Shown here piece after piece: positions 55,758 through 64,000 of a stretch of DNA of 64,000 nt (position 1 is the first letter of the stretch; every line of letters begins with the position of its first letter). The notes below the pieces were generated by a model. That model did not search any database and was not told the origin of the DNA. It was given only the letters and a program-made list of their open reading frames with translations. Origin of the DNA: Acidobacteriota bacterium (GTDB lineage Bacteria > Acidobacteriota > UBA4820 > DSQY01); contig JBBINO010000001.1 in assembly GCA_037443845.1 (NCBI GenBank), positions 61,368 through 125,367 of the forward strand, in the 5' to 3' direction. Both the position numbers and the translations under genes were made by a program.

Positions 55758-56580
55758 GCCGCGCCCCCTTTCCCTTCACGATGTCGTAGGCCTCGCGGCG
55801 CGAAATGCCGGCCTTGCGCGCGGCGCGGCGAAGCGCCTCCTGAGGGGCCATCCCTTCAAGGACGAGGGCGTGGACTTCTTTGGCGAGCTCTTCCGGTTCC
55901 ATCTCTCTCGCATCCTCCTGAATCTCCGGTGGTCCGAAAACGATGACGTACTCGCCCTTTTCCGGAAGCGTCTCCGGCTCGGGGTTCCTGTAGAAACTCT
56001 CGAAGACCTTCGTCATCTCCCTTGCCACGAAAATTTCCCTGCCGCGGAGCGCGAGGCGGGCTTGGGAGAGAAACGAGCGCACGCGAAGCGGCGCTTCGTA
56101 AAAAACGAGCGCCGATGGATCGCCCGAGAGAGAATCAAAGAGACTCGCCCTGGCGGAAGCCTTTCTGGGCGGGAAGCCTAAAAACCTGACCGAGGAGGAG
56201 GGCAGCCCGGAAACCGAGAGGGCGGCGGTCATGGCGCACGGGCCAGGAACCGGGACGACGGGAATCCCCGCTTCGCGGCAGGCTCGAACCAACAGGTATC
56301 CGGGGTCGGAAACGGCCGGGGTGCCGGCGTCGCTCACGAGCGCCAAGCTTTTCCCGTTGGCGAGCGATTCCACGAAGAGAGGAATCTTGCGCTCCTCGTT
56401 TCCGGCGAAGTGGGATTCCAGCCTGGCGTTGATGCCGTGCCGGGCGAGCAGCTTGCGCGTGTGGCGCGTGTCCTCGCAAACGACCGCTTCAACGCTTCTA
56501 AGGACGTCGAGCGCCCGAAGCGTTATGTCCCCCAGATTTCCGACCGGCGTCGCGACGACGTAAAGCGTCCCGCTCTCCAT
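55750..56580 (-). CDS. rsmI: 16S rRNA C1402 2'-O-methyltransferase RsmI
   Basis: GTLYVVATPVGNLGDITLRALDVL tetrapyrrole-methylase fold. The start was set at MESGTLYVV (ATG 56580) after a GGGGAG RBS. Confidence 0.85.
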   Translation of the reverse strand: MESGTLYVVATPVGNLGDITLRALDVLRSVEAVVCEDTRHTRKLLARHGINARLESHFAGNEERKIPLFVESLANGKSLALVSDAGTPAVSDPGYLLVRACREAGIPVVPVPGPCAMTAALSVSGLPSSSVRFLGFPPRKASARASLFDSLSGDPSALVFYEAPLRVRSFLSQARLALRGREIFVAREMTKVFESFYRNPEPETLPEKGEYVIVFGPPEIQEDAREMEPEELAKEVHALVLEGMAPQEALRRAARKAGISRREAYDIVKGKGARRG

Positions 56581-56973
56581 CTCCCCGCCCAGATAAAAAG
56601 GAGCGAAGTATACACCCCTTGGAAGCGTAGGCGCAACAGCAGCAGCCACGCCCCAATCCCACGATTGAACGGGGACGGTGACCGCAAATGCTGCTGAGCA
56701 GGTTATCTAGCCCCAAATGGTCTCCCACCTGACAAGGGATTGGAGGCCTTCGCGCCCTGTCACCCCCTGCCCTTGCGCCCGAATCCCTTCGCTTCGGGGG
56801 AACCTTCCTGTTCCCCCGAACCCCTTCGCCTGCGTCGGTCCGCCGCCCAAAGGGCGGCCGTCCCGGCGCCGTTGGGCCAGATGCGCGAAAGGCGAGCCCG
56901 CAACGCCGAGACGTACTCGATGTACGTCGCAGGCGCAGCATTTCAATCACTGAATTTCGGGCCACGTTGCAAC

Positions 56974-57009
56974 AAAAAAGGCGCCCTCAGGAAAACCGGG
57001 GAGGGCGCC
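56974..57009 (-). terminator. Rho-independent terminator for the 57031-57657 gene
   Basis: Minus strand shows a ggcgccctc/gagggcgcc 9-bp stem followed by TTTTTTG. Confidence 0.6.
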
Positions 57010-57030
57010 TTGTCCGCTTGCCGCGGGGAG

Positions 57031-57657
57031 CTATTCGAGGCTCAGGAGAACCTCTTCCTTGGGGCCGGTGACTTTGGCCAGCAGGCCGGTTCCCAATTCG
57101 TTCGCGAACTGCACGCACTGCTTGAACAGGCCGCCGACGTCGTCCGCCTTTTCGCCCTCGATGTTCAATGCCTGCATCACCGCGTCAACGGTGCTCAAGG
57201 GCACGGTAAGCTTCGTCTTCACTTCGCCGGCCTTGAGATCTTTGACCAGGAGCACGACGTTGGCCGGAACCTTGCCGGGGCGCGACGTTGGCTCGGCGAA
57301 GGAGGCGTAGCAGCTAACGGTCTTGGCATGTTCCTCCTCGCTGAAGAGAAGCGTCTCGCCGCTCTTGCCCCTGTTTTCTTTGAGGGCGCTGACCAGCTTT
57401 CCCAAGGAAAGAGTCACCCTCTCGCCGTTTAGCACTCCCGTGTGGACCGTTTTGCCCAGGTTGTGCTTGTCGAAGAACTCCAGGATCTTCATGGGAACCT
57501 CTACCGTCGCGCTCTCCTTGTCGCTCTGGAACCTGAGCCTTACCATCTCGTCCTGTTTCGCCTGGGCCATGGTGGCCGAGGCCGCGCCAATAAAAAGAAC
57601 CGCCGCCAATGCGGTGGCCGCCCTCTTGAAACCATTTCTTGCCGTGGGATTCATGTT
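57031..57657 (-). CDS. Hypothetical secreted protein (about 207 aa)
   Basis: Signal peptide KRAATALAAVLFIGAASATMAQA, no known motifs and a possible internal duplication. A terminator lies downstream. Confidence 0.5.
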   Translation of the reverse strand, partial: NMNPTARNGFKRAATALAAVLFIGAASATMAQAKQDEMVRLRFQSDKESATVEVPMKILEFFDKHNLGKTVHTGVLNGERVTLSLGKLVSALKENRGKSGETLLFSEEEHAKTVSCYASFAEPTSRPGKVPANVVLLVKDLKAGEVKTKLTVPLSTVDAVMQALNIEGEKADDVGGLFKQCVQFANELGTGLLAKVTGPKEEVLLSLE

Positions 57658-57777
57658 CCACCTCCACCAGCTTATACGGCCGGGGCGAAAGATTGTTTTC
57701 CGCTTGCGAAATGGACCGGCTCGTTCTATTGTTTCACTACGCGGCCAGAGTTCCGGCCGCCGTATCAAAGGAGAGAA

Positions 57778-58359
57778 ATGTTCGAGGACGTGAAAGCCAT
57801 TTACCGGAACGACCCGGCCTGCAAGAACGCCGAGTTCATTCTCTATCCATGCCTGCACGCCATAGTCGCTCACCGCTACGTCGTACATCCCCTATACAGG
57901 TTCAAGGTTCCATTCCTGCCCAGGATGATTTCCCAGGTGATGCGATTCCTGACCGGCCTGGAGATTCACCCGGGAGCCAAGATCGGCAAAGGTTTCTTCT
58001 GCGACCACGGCGCCGGGGTGGTGATCGGAGAAACGGCGGAGATCGGCGAGAACTGCGTCCTCTTTCACGGTGTCACGCTTGGCGGGACGGGGAAGCATAC
58101 CGGGAAGCGCCACCCGACGATAGGGAACAACGTCTTCATTGGGACTCACGCCACGGTGCTCGGGCCTGTCCTAATAGGAGACAACAGCAGGATCGGCGCC
58201 GAGGCCGTCGTAATCAACCGCGACGTGCCCCCAGATTGCAGCGTCGTCGGCTCGCCCGGGTACATCGCCAAAAGGGGCGGGGTCAAGGTTCACGAGCCTC
58301 TGCCCGTCTCCACGTATCACATCAAAGACAGGGAGGAGAGCGAAAAAAACGGGGGCTGA
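57778..58359 (+). CDS. cysE: Serine O-acetyltransferase
   Basis: Hexapeptide-repeat left-handed beta-helix. DPACKNAEFILY and GAKIGKGFFCDHGAGVVIGETAEIG are CysE-like. Confidence 0.85.
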   Translation: MFEDVKAIYRNDPACKNAEFILYPCLHAIVAHRYVVHPLYRFKVPFLPRMISQVMRFLTGLEIHPGAKIGKGFFCDHGAGVVIGETAEIGENCVLFHGVTLGGTGKHTGKRHPTIGNNVFIGTHATVLGPVLIGDNSRIGAEAVVINRDVPPDCSVVGSPGYIAKRGGVKVHEPLPVSTYHIKDREESEKNGG

Positions 58360-58429
58360 AAGCCGGGCGCCCCACGTTGCTTCTCCAGCCACCAGCCTCG
58401 GATCGCCTGCCCGGCTTGCCGCTTAACAG

Positions 58430-59173
58430 CTAACCGAATCTTTCAATTTTATCTATCCTGACGGCCGTGGCCTTCGGGTCAACGATAAGCCCGCTGGAGG
58501 CCGCCGGGTCGAACTCGTAGCGCCTGTCGTCTTCCGTCAGAATCTGCTCTCCCTTGGGGCCGAAGAGATAGTTGCCGGCCCCGGCGAAAGGTTCCTCGGG
58601 AACTTCCGAAGCCGCCACACAGCAGCCGAGGACAAAAACACCGTTCTCTATCGCCCTGGCCTGAAGCAGCGTCCGCCAGACGTGGTCGCGCCTCCAGGGC
58701 CACCAAGCCACGACGGCGAGAACGCCGCAACCGGCTTCGACTGCAAGCGCGCGCGCCTGCTCGGGGTACCTGAGGTCGTTGCAGTTCACGAGCCCGGCCT
58801 TCACGCTACCGAGATCAACGCAGGCGTAGCGGTCCCCCGCGTCCCAAAGCTCCCTTTCGCCGTTGGGGGCGAACAGGTGGACCTTGTCGTACCGTGCCAC
58901 CTCTCTCCCCGACCGCCAGACGGTCATCCTATTTCTGCGATCCTCGGAGATGGAGCCGAAGAAAAAAACCGTGGCGGGGTGGGAGGCGGAAATTTTAGAG
59001 AAGAGGGCGCGAGCCCTCTCCGGCTCCAGCCGGCGCTTGTAGCCGGTTAGAAAGCTCTCCGGAAACAGAACCCAATCGGCCCCGTCTTCGGCGGCTTCAG
59101 ACGCCTCCAGCTCGCACCGTTTCAGGTTCGACTCCACGTCCAGGCAGACAAAGCGCGAGAGATATGCCTTCAT
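58430..59173 (-). CDS. Carbon-nitrogen hydrolase (nitrilase superfamily) amidase
   Basis: Glu in VLFPESF and a Cys region (CCVAASE?) consistent with the Glu-Lys-Cys triad. The start was set at MKAYLSRF. Confidence 0.75.
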   Translation of the reverse strand: MKAYLSRFVCLDVESNLKRCELEASEAAEDGADWVLFPESFLTGYKRRLEPERARALFSKISASHPATVFFFGSISEDRRNRMTVWRSGREVARYDKVHLFAPNGERELWDAGDRYACVDLGSVKAGLVNCNDLRYPEQARALAVEAGCGVLAVVAWWPWRRDHVWRTLLQARAIENGVFVLGCCVAASEVPEEPFAGAGNYLFGPKGEQILTEDDRRYEFDPAASSGLIVDPKATAVRIDKIERFG

Positions 59174-59261
59174 ATTTTCATTATACCACCAATGCCTTAC
59201 CGGTTTGCCGGGATCGTCCGGCGCGCACGGTTCGGTCAAGCACCGGCAGCCGGGGAGAGCG

Positions 59262-59933
59262 TTAGGGTTTGGCCAATGGGGCGCCGAGCCTCGCCGGGGC
59301 GGAGCCAAACCATTCGACTTCGCCGCCAGGATGGACGGCGAGGCCGCCGCCGGAGGGGATGCCCCATCCGGCGGAGCCTTCCGGGAGCAGGCGCAGCAAG
59401 AACCTCAGCTCGGCCCAGCCCGACTCCTCGTCGTGGGCGTCGCAGTAGATGGGGGCGATCCCCAGGCAATCGAAAACCTCGGCCGTCGCGTCGTCCTCCG
59501 GGTCGCGCCAGCGCACCCAGCCCTTCGCCAGCATGAGGCTTCCCGCCGAGAGGCCGGAAAACGGCTTGCCATTCGCGGCCATATCTCTGAGTATCCGCGA
59601 GAAGCCCGTCTTTTCAAGGACGCGCATCCCCTTCTCGACGTCGCCTCCCGAGATGAAGACCGCGTCCGCCCCTTCAAGCACGGCGCGGGCGGCCGCGAGG
59701 TTAGGCCTTCGGCCGCATAGAAGGACCGGCGAAATCTTTCCGGCGCCTGCCTGCATGAGCGGCTCCTCGAAGTAGGAACGGAATTCCACGGAGTCGCCCG
59801 AGGCGCACCCCACGTAAGCAAAACGCGGGCGCGGCTTTCCGGCGGCCTCGACGACGCGGCGCCAGAGAAGCTTCGCGGCCCGCCTATCGGCGCCTCGTCC
59901 CCCTCCCAGCAGAATAACCGGCCTGGCGGTCAT
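59262..59933 (-). CDS. Peptidase S51 family (dipeptidase E / cyanophycinase-like) protein
   Basis: 223 aa with the GxSAG nucleophile motif (FSGLSAGSLML) and a class-I glutamine-amidotransferase-like fold. Confidence 0.7.
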   Translation of the reverse strand: MTARPVILLGGGRGADRRAAKLLWRRVVEAAGKPRPRFAYVGCASGDSVEFRSYFEEPLMQAGAGKISPVLLCGRRPNLAAARAVLEGADAVFISGGDVEKGMRVLEKTGFSRILRDMAANGKPFSGLSAGSLMLAKGWVRWRDPEDDATAEVFDCLGIAPIYCDAHDEESGWAELRFLLRLLPEGSAGWGIPSGGGLAVHPGGEVEWFGSAPARLGAPLAKP

Positions 59934-61207
59934 GGAGCCGCCTCGCCGAAGGAGCCGGCGCGCTTCGCGAGAAGGAACTTTCCCGACGGCTCGGGCGCGA
60001 TGTCGCGGACACTCTCAACGGCGACGCGCGCTTCGGCTCCGTAAAGCCCGTGGAGGATCTCGGTGAGGCGTCCCAAGGCTCCGCGGGACGGCGCCTCCTC
60101 CATCACGGCGGAGAGCTTGTAGGAATGCGCCGTTTCCTGCAGGAGCTGGTACGATACGAGGCGCTCCTCCGAGGCGAGAGCCCTGTCCAGCTCGCCAGGT
60201 GCTACGACGCGGCCTTTCGCCGTGTAGGTGGCGCTTTTCACGCGACCCTCGATGGAGCTAAGAAGGAGTGCTCCGCGGCGCCCGCACGTGCATTCTCCGG
60301 CGGTGGCAACCTTCACGATGTCGCCGGGATCGAAGCGCAGAAGGGCGGTCCATTCGTTCTTGAAGGGGGTCAGCCTGAGAAGCGATAACTCTCCCGCGCC
60401 GCCGAGCCCGGCCAAGTCGGCCCTGCAGGCCGCCATGTTGAGGTGAAAAAGTCCCCGTTCGCACTCGACGAAGGCGTAGCCGGTCTCGGTGGTTCCGTAC
60501 GAGGAAACCAACGGCGCCGAAAAAACCCGCTTTATCTGCCGAAGGTGGGTAAGAGACGAGTTTTCGTAAGTGAAGACGATGACCTCTGGCTGTCTCACCT
60601 CGAGGCCCATGCGCCCGGCCGCCGCGGCGAAGCGCGCCAGGTATGAAGGGTTGGCCTCCAAGACTTCGGGCTGAAACCTGTCCAGCTCGGTGGTCACGCG
60701 GCGGATCGTCCCCTCGTTCCAAAGAAGGGGCGATGAGCGCTCGTTGAGAAAAAGGAAGCGCAGCAGCCTCCTCGACTCGAAAGGAAGCTCATTGAGGTCG
60801 TCGAGCGGGCCGACGTTTCTCGCGCTGGTTAAAATCGCTTCGCGGTGAGTGCCAGTGCAGACCCTCGCCAGGATCTCGTTGAGCTTCCAGGAGGAGCGCT
60901 CCGAAAAGTCCCACCAGCGCTGGTTCCAGAGGTTCTTCACCTGTTCGTCGGTGGTGCCGCTCGTCGAGACGAACTCCACCTCGCCTCGGGCGAGGCCATC
61001 GGCGAGGTCTTTTCCCCTGGGCACCAGGCCGTCCGGGAAGGCGGCGCGCATGAAGGCCTTGTCGGACGATGGCAGAGCCGCGTAGCGGGCGTCAACAGCC
61101 GCCGAGGGGCCCGGGTCCATCTGCCTCCAGGAGGCGTAGGCGGCCGTCTCGGTGAGCGCCCGCTCCAAGGCGACGCGCGAATTGTCCTCGTAGGCCTCGA
61201 AGCCCAT
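59930..61207 (-). CDS. ANL-superfamily adenylate-forming ligase, PaaK / coenzyme-F390-synthetase-like
   Basis: 425 aa with STSGTTDEQ (degenerate A3 motif) and SSYGTTETG (A5 motif). The stop overlaps the S51 start. Confidence 0.7.
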   Translation of the reverse strand: MGFEAYEDNSRVALERALTETAAYASWRQMDPGPSAAVDARYAALPSSDKAFMRAAFPDGLVPRGKDLADGLARGEVEFVSTSGTTDEQVKNLWNQRWWDFSERSSWKLNEILARVCTGTHREAILTSARNVGPLDDLNELPFESRRLLRFLFLNERSSPLLWNEGTIRRVTTELDRFQPEVLEANPSYLARFAAAAGRMGLEVRQPEVIVFTYENSSLTHLRQIKRVFSAPLVSSYGTTETGYAFVECERGLFHLNMAACRADLAGLGGAGELSLLRLTPFKNEWTALLRFDPGDIVKVATAGECTCGRRGALLLSSIEGRVKSATYTAKGRVVAPGELDRALASEERLVSYQLLQETAHSYKLSAVMEEAPSRGALGRLTEILHGLYGAEARVAVESVRDIAPEPSGKFLLAKRAGSFGEAAP

Positions 61208-61342
61208 TCAACTCCCCGCGAAAGACTAATCCCAAAACGCCGGGAAAGGCAATGCCGCCCGCCGTGGCGGGCGATGCGGCTTCGGTGCTAACCTTGCACC
61301 CGGGGGAGGCTCGTCCGTTTTCACTTTGGAGGAGGGGCAGGC

Positions 61343-61990
61343 ATGACATCCCTTGGACGTTTCGCGGTTATCCTTCTTGCGGCGCTCTTTCTGGGTCCGG
61401 CCGCGCGGGCGAAGGACGAGCTTGTGGCGGTCCAGCCCCTCGGCGCGGTGAGCGGCTCGCTCATCACCGCCATCGCTTCCTCGCTCGAAGCCACCTTCCG
61501 CGTCAAGACGGAGATCCTGCCAGCGATCCCGCTTCCCAAGGAGGCCTACTACCCTCCTAGGAAACGCTACAGGGCCGAGAAGCTACTCGACTTTCTTGCG
61601 GCCGCGACCCCGCCCAAGTACGACCGGGTGATCGGGATCACCTCACGCGACATCTCGGCGACGAAGGGGAAATACGAGGACTGGGGCATCTTCGGCCTCG
61701 CCTACCTCTCCTCGCGTCCCTGCGTCGTCTCGACCTTCCGGCTCAAGAGAAACGCGAGCCCGGCGCTTCTGAAGGCGCGGCTCTTGAAGGTGGCGCGCCA
61801 CGAAATCGGCCACACCTTCGGCCTCGAGCACTGTCCCACGCCCGGCTGTATCATGGCTGACGCGAAAGGCTCCATCAAGACCGTGGACGAGAGCGACGGC
61901 TCCTTCTGCGCCGCCTGCACGGCGAAGGCGGCGGCCTTTTTAAGGCCCCAGATTCCGGGTTTGGGCGAGGCCAGGCACGCGCCGAAGTGA
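61343..61990 (+). CDS. amzA: Archaemetzincin-like zinc metallopeptidase (M54) with signal peptide
   Basis: HEIGHTFGLEHCPTPGCIMAD...CAAC matches the HExxHxxGxxHCx4C plus CxxC pattern. N-terminal signal peptide RFAVILLAALFLGPAARA. Confidence 0.8.
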   Translation: MTSLGRFAVILLAALFLGPAARAKDELVAVQPLGAVSGSLITAIASSLEATFRVKTEILPAIPLPKEAYYPPRKRYRAEKLLDFLAAATPPKYDRVIGITSRDISATKGKYEDWGIFGLAYLSSRPCVVSTFRLKRNASPALLKARLLKVARHEIGHTFGLEHCPTPGCIMADAKGSIKTVDESDGSFCAACTAKAAAFLRPQIPGLGEARHAPK

Positions 61991-62033
61991 TTCGCAGAGA
62001 CCAGCCTTCGCGCCGGCCTCTTCTTGCATAGAA

Positions 62034-62486
62034 TCAGTCGCAAAGCCGCTTCAAGATCTCCAGGGTCTTCGAGTCGCCCTCGCCCGAGAAGTATTTCTCG
62101 ATGATTTTTTCGTATATCGAGCCGGGCCCGGCCGCGGCGGCGAAGAGGGTCATCGAGGAGCGGAGCTTCAGGTCGTCGGGAAAGCCGAAGATGGCCGAGG
62201 CGGAGCGCCCCCGAAGCGCCATCAGCGCCTCGCAGCACTCCCGAAGCCTCGGCCCGAGGATGGGATGCGACAGGTAGCTCGTTGCCTCCTCGATGCTTTT
62301 AATGGCGTAGGTTCTCGACGTGGCGCTGAAGCCGAGCCCCTCGATCTGGGGGAAGACGTACCACATCCAGTGGCTGCGCTTTTGCCCCGCTTTCAGCTCT
62401 TCGAGCGCCCCGGCGTAGCTACTCTTCTGGGCCGCCACGAACCTTTCAAGACCGAACGGGTCGCCGCCGCTGCTCTCTTTTGCCAT
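62034..62486 (-). CDS. DUF1810-family protein
   Basis: 150 aa. DPFGLERFVAAQ...HWMWYVFPQ is recalled as the DUF1810 signature. Confidence 0.55.
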   Translation of the reverse strand: MAKESSGGDPFGLERFVAAQKSSYAGALEELKAGQKRSHWMWYVFPQIEGLGFSATSRTYAIKSIEEATSYLSHPILGPRLRECCEALMALRGRSASAIFGFPDDLKLRSSMTLFAAAAGPGSIYEKIIEKYFSGEGDSKTLEILKRLCD

Positions 62487-62581
62487 TCGCGCCTCCCTGG
62501 AGGGCGGGACTTCGCCGCGGTTTAACTATACAATATTCCAAGGGCGCGCCGTCAGCGGCGCGGCTGGAGAGGAAAGCGCGA

Positions 62582-63397
62582 ATGGAAAGCCGGATCGCAA
62601 AGGCAATGGGCATCGAGACCCATCCGGTGGCGTTGGTCTGGACGGACGAAAAACCGGAAGGCGCCGCCGAATTCATGCCGGGGCGGTGGGGATGCGTGAT
62701 GTCGCTCTTCGCCCAGGCCGCCGCGCGCGGCAGGACGGCGGTCTTCTCGCGCGAGACCTACGGCTGTTGGGGCGGGGGCGTCGGCCTCGGCTTCGGCAAC
62801 AGGTACGAGGATTTCCCCGGCGGCGTCGACTGCTTCTGCCGCTTTCTCTCGGACGGCAACGAGAAGTGGGAGCAGGGCGCCGCAATGGGGGAGAAGCTGG
62901 CCGGTTTCGCGGGCAGGCGCTTCGCAGACGACTGGCTTCTGGGGGAGCGTTACCTGAAGGACGCCGCCACGACGCGCGCCTTCCTCGGCTTCCTGCCGAT
63001 GGAGGAGATTCCCGCCAGATACGTGGTGGTCAAGCCGGTCGAATCTGCCGATCCCTCGAAGGAGAATCTCCAGAGCGTCACCTTCTTCACCGATCCCGAC
63101 CGCATCTCGGCGCTAGTTGTGCTGGCCAACTACGCCAGGCCCTCGGAGGAGAACGTCGCGGTGCCGTGGGGCGCTGGGTGCCAGGTCATAGGAATCTTCG
63201 CCTACAGGGAGGCGAGAAGGGAGCGGCCCCGGGCGCTGATCGGCCTGACCGACCTCTCGGCGAGGAAGACGGTCCGCCCGGCGCTCGGCGCGCACGTGAT
63301 GAGCTTCACGATGCCGTGGGCGCTCTTTGCCGAGATGGAGGAGCGGGTGCCCGGCAGTTTCCTCGAACGCGAGACGTGGCGCTCGCTCGGACACTAG
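62582..63397 (+). CDS. DUF169-family protein
   Basis: 272 aa with the GRWGCVMSLF...GCWGGGVGLGFG pattern recalled for DUF169 (COG2043). The start was set at ATG 62582. Confidence 0.55.
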   Translation: MESRIAKAMGIETHPVALVWTDEKPEGAAEFMPGRWGCVMSLFAQAAARGRTAVFSRETYGCWGGGVGLGFGNRYEDFPGGVDCFCRFLSDGNEKWEQGAAMGEKLAGFAGRRFADDWLLGERYLKDAATTRAFLGFLPMEEIPARYVVVKPVESADPSKENLQSVTFFTDPDRISALVVLANYARPSEENVAVPWGAGCQVIGIFAYREARRERPRALIGLTDLSARKTVRPALGAHVMSFTMPWALFAEMEERVPGSFLERETWRSLGH

Positions 63398-63467
63398 AGA
63401 CGCCACCCGGGCCGGCGCAAAAAAGAGAAGAACGCGCGGGCTTTCAATCCCGCGAGAGGAGGGCGAG

Positions 63468-64000
63468 ATGAAAGAGGTGGTGATCGCTTCGGCGTGCAGG
63501 ACGGCCATCGGGGCTTTCGGTGGCGGCCTCAAGGAGACGAACGCCGCGCTCTTGGGAAGCGTCGTCATGAGGGAGGCGGTCCGGCGGGCCGGGATAGAGG
63601 CCTCCCTCCTGGACGACGTCCGCTTCGGCTGCTGCATGGAGCCGGCCGACACGCTCAACGTCGCCCGCGTGGCCGCGCTGATGGCGGGCATCCCCGAGAC
63701 CGTGACGGCCGTGACGGTAAACCGCGTCTGCATTTCGGGGATGGAGGCGGTCCTCTCGGGGATGGCGATGATCCAGGCGGGGATGGCAGACGTGATCCTC
63801 GCGGGCGGCATGGAGCACATGTCGGGGGTCTCCTACTCGGTACCCGGCGCCCGCTGGGGCTGCCGCCTCCAGGACCAGGTTTTCTCCGACGACATTATCC
63901 ACGCGCTCTACGCCGGCTCGCGCCTTCTGCCCGGGCTCGAAAAGGGTCCCGTGAAAGAGGGCGGCGTGGTCGAGCTCTACCGCGGAAAGCCTTACATCAT
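63468..64000 (+). CDS. Acetyl-CoA acetyltransferase (thiolase), N-terminal part; continues beyond the window end
   Basis: MKEVVIASACRTAIGAFGG and the active-site Cys in VNRVCISGMEAV. Confidence 0.85.
   Translation, partial: MKEVVIASACRTAIGAFGGGLKETNAALLGSVVMREAVRRAGIEASLLDDVRFGCCMEPADTLNVARVAALMAGIPETVTAVTVNRVCISGMEAVLSGMAMIQAGMADVILAGGMEHMSGVSYSVPGARWGCRLQDQVFSDDIIHALYAGSRLLPGLEKGPVKEGGVVELYRGKPYI

Noticed and set aside
56707-56953. 78-79-aa ORFs on both strands inside the structured intergenic region
   Set aside because: There is no RBS and the composition is biased. The region is better explained as RNA structure or repeats.

Overview
This is a high-GC (about 65% by eye) bacterial chromosomal segment that is almost entirely housekeeping and origin-proximal. 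Reading left to right:

- **1-5.1 kb:** a partial UvrD/PcrA helicase, pilT, then an operon on the minus strand running mnmG-rsmG-parA-parB-bactofilin-pepP.
- **9-13 kb:** mnmE-yidC-yidD-rnpA-rpmH.
- **13-19 kb:** an F1Fo ATP synthase operon lacking the a and c subunits (atpF'-atpF-atpH-atpA-atpG-atpD-atpC), followed by tRNA-Val(UAC).
- **19-24 kb:** uvrA, a tryptophanase-family lyase, a hypothetical 213-aa protein and thiS, apparently one operon.
- **24.5-28.3 kb:** a DUF4097 beta-repeat protein, a CoA-disulfide-reductase-family flavoprotein, and a compositionally aberrant (about 50% GC) island encoding a signal-peptide-bearing DUF2225-like protein.
- **28.3-31.2 kb:** ubiA-like and ubiX-like prenyltransferases, pilZ and trpS.
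- **31.3-36.7 kb:** a class-II aldolase-like gene, yajC-secDF (fused), an IscA/HesB gene and a CDGSH gene.
- **36.8-44.5 kb:** gyrA-gyrB-dnaN-dnaA on the minus strand. The dnaA-dnaN spacer is AT-rich and a cluster of DnaA boxes overlaps the dnaA start, so the replication origin lies here.
- **44.6-53.4 kb:** korAB (2-oxoacid:ferredoxin oxidoreductase), an ADH/AKR/nitroreductase redox cluster, glnE and cutA.
- **53.5-57 kb:** thiolase, nrnA, rsmI, then a 450-bp highly structured non-coding region.
- **57-64 kb:** an accessory-looking block with a hypothetical secreted protein, cysE, an operon of an ANL-type ligase, an S51 peptidase and a nitrilase-superfamily hydrolase, a secreted archaemetzincin, DUF1810, DUF169 and a second thiolase.

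No CRISPR array, integrase or transposase was seen. The most interesting signals are the ligase/S51/C-N-hydrolase module, the low-GC DUF2225-like island, the uvrA-lyase-hypothetical-thiS operon, the parAB-coupled bactofilin, the bipartite DnaA-box/oriC architecture and the structured non-coding region.

All functional calls come from motif recognition by eye in the supplied translations. No database search was run.
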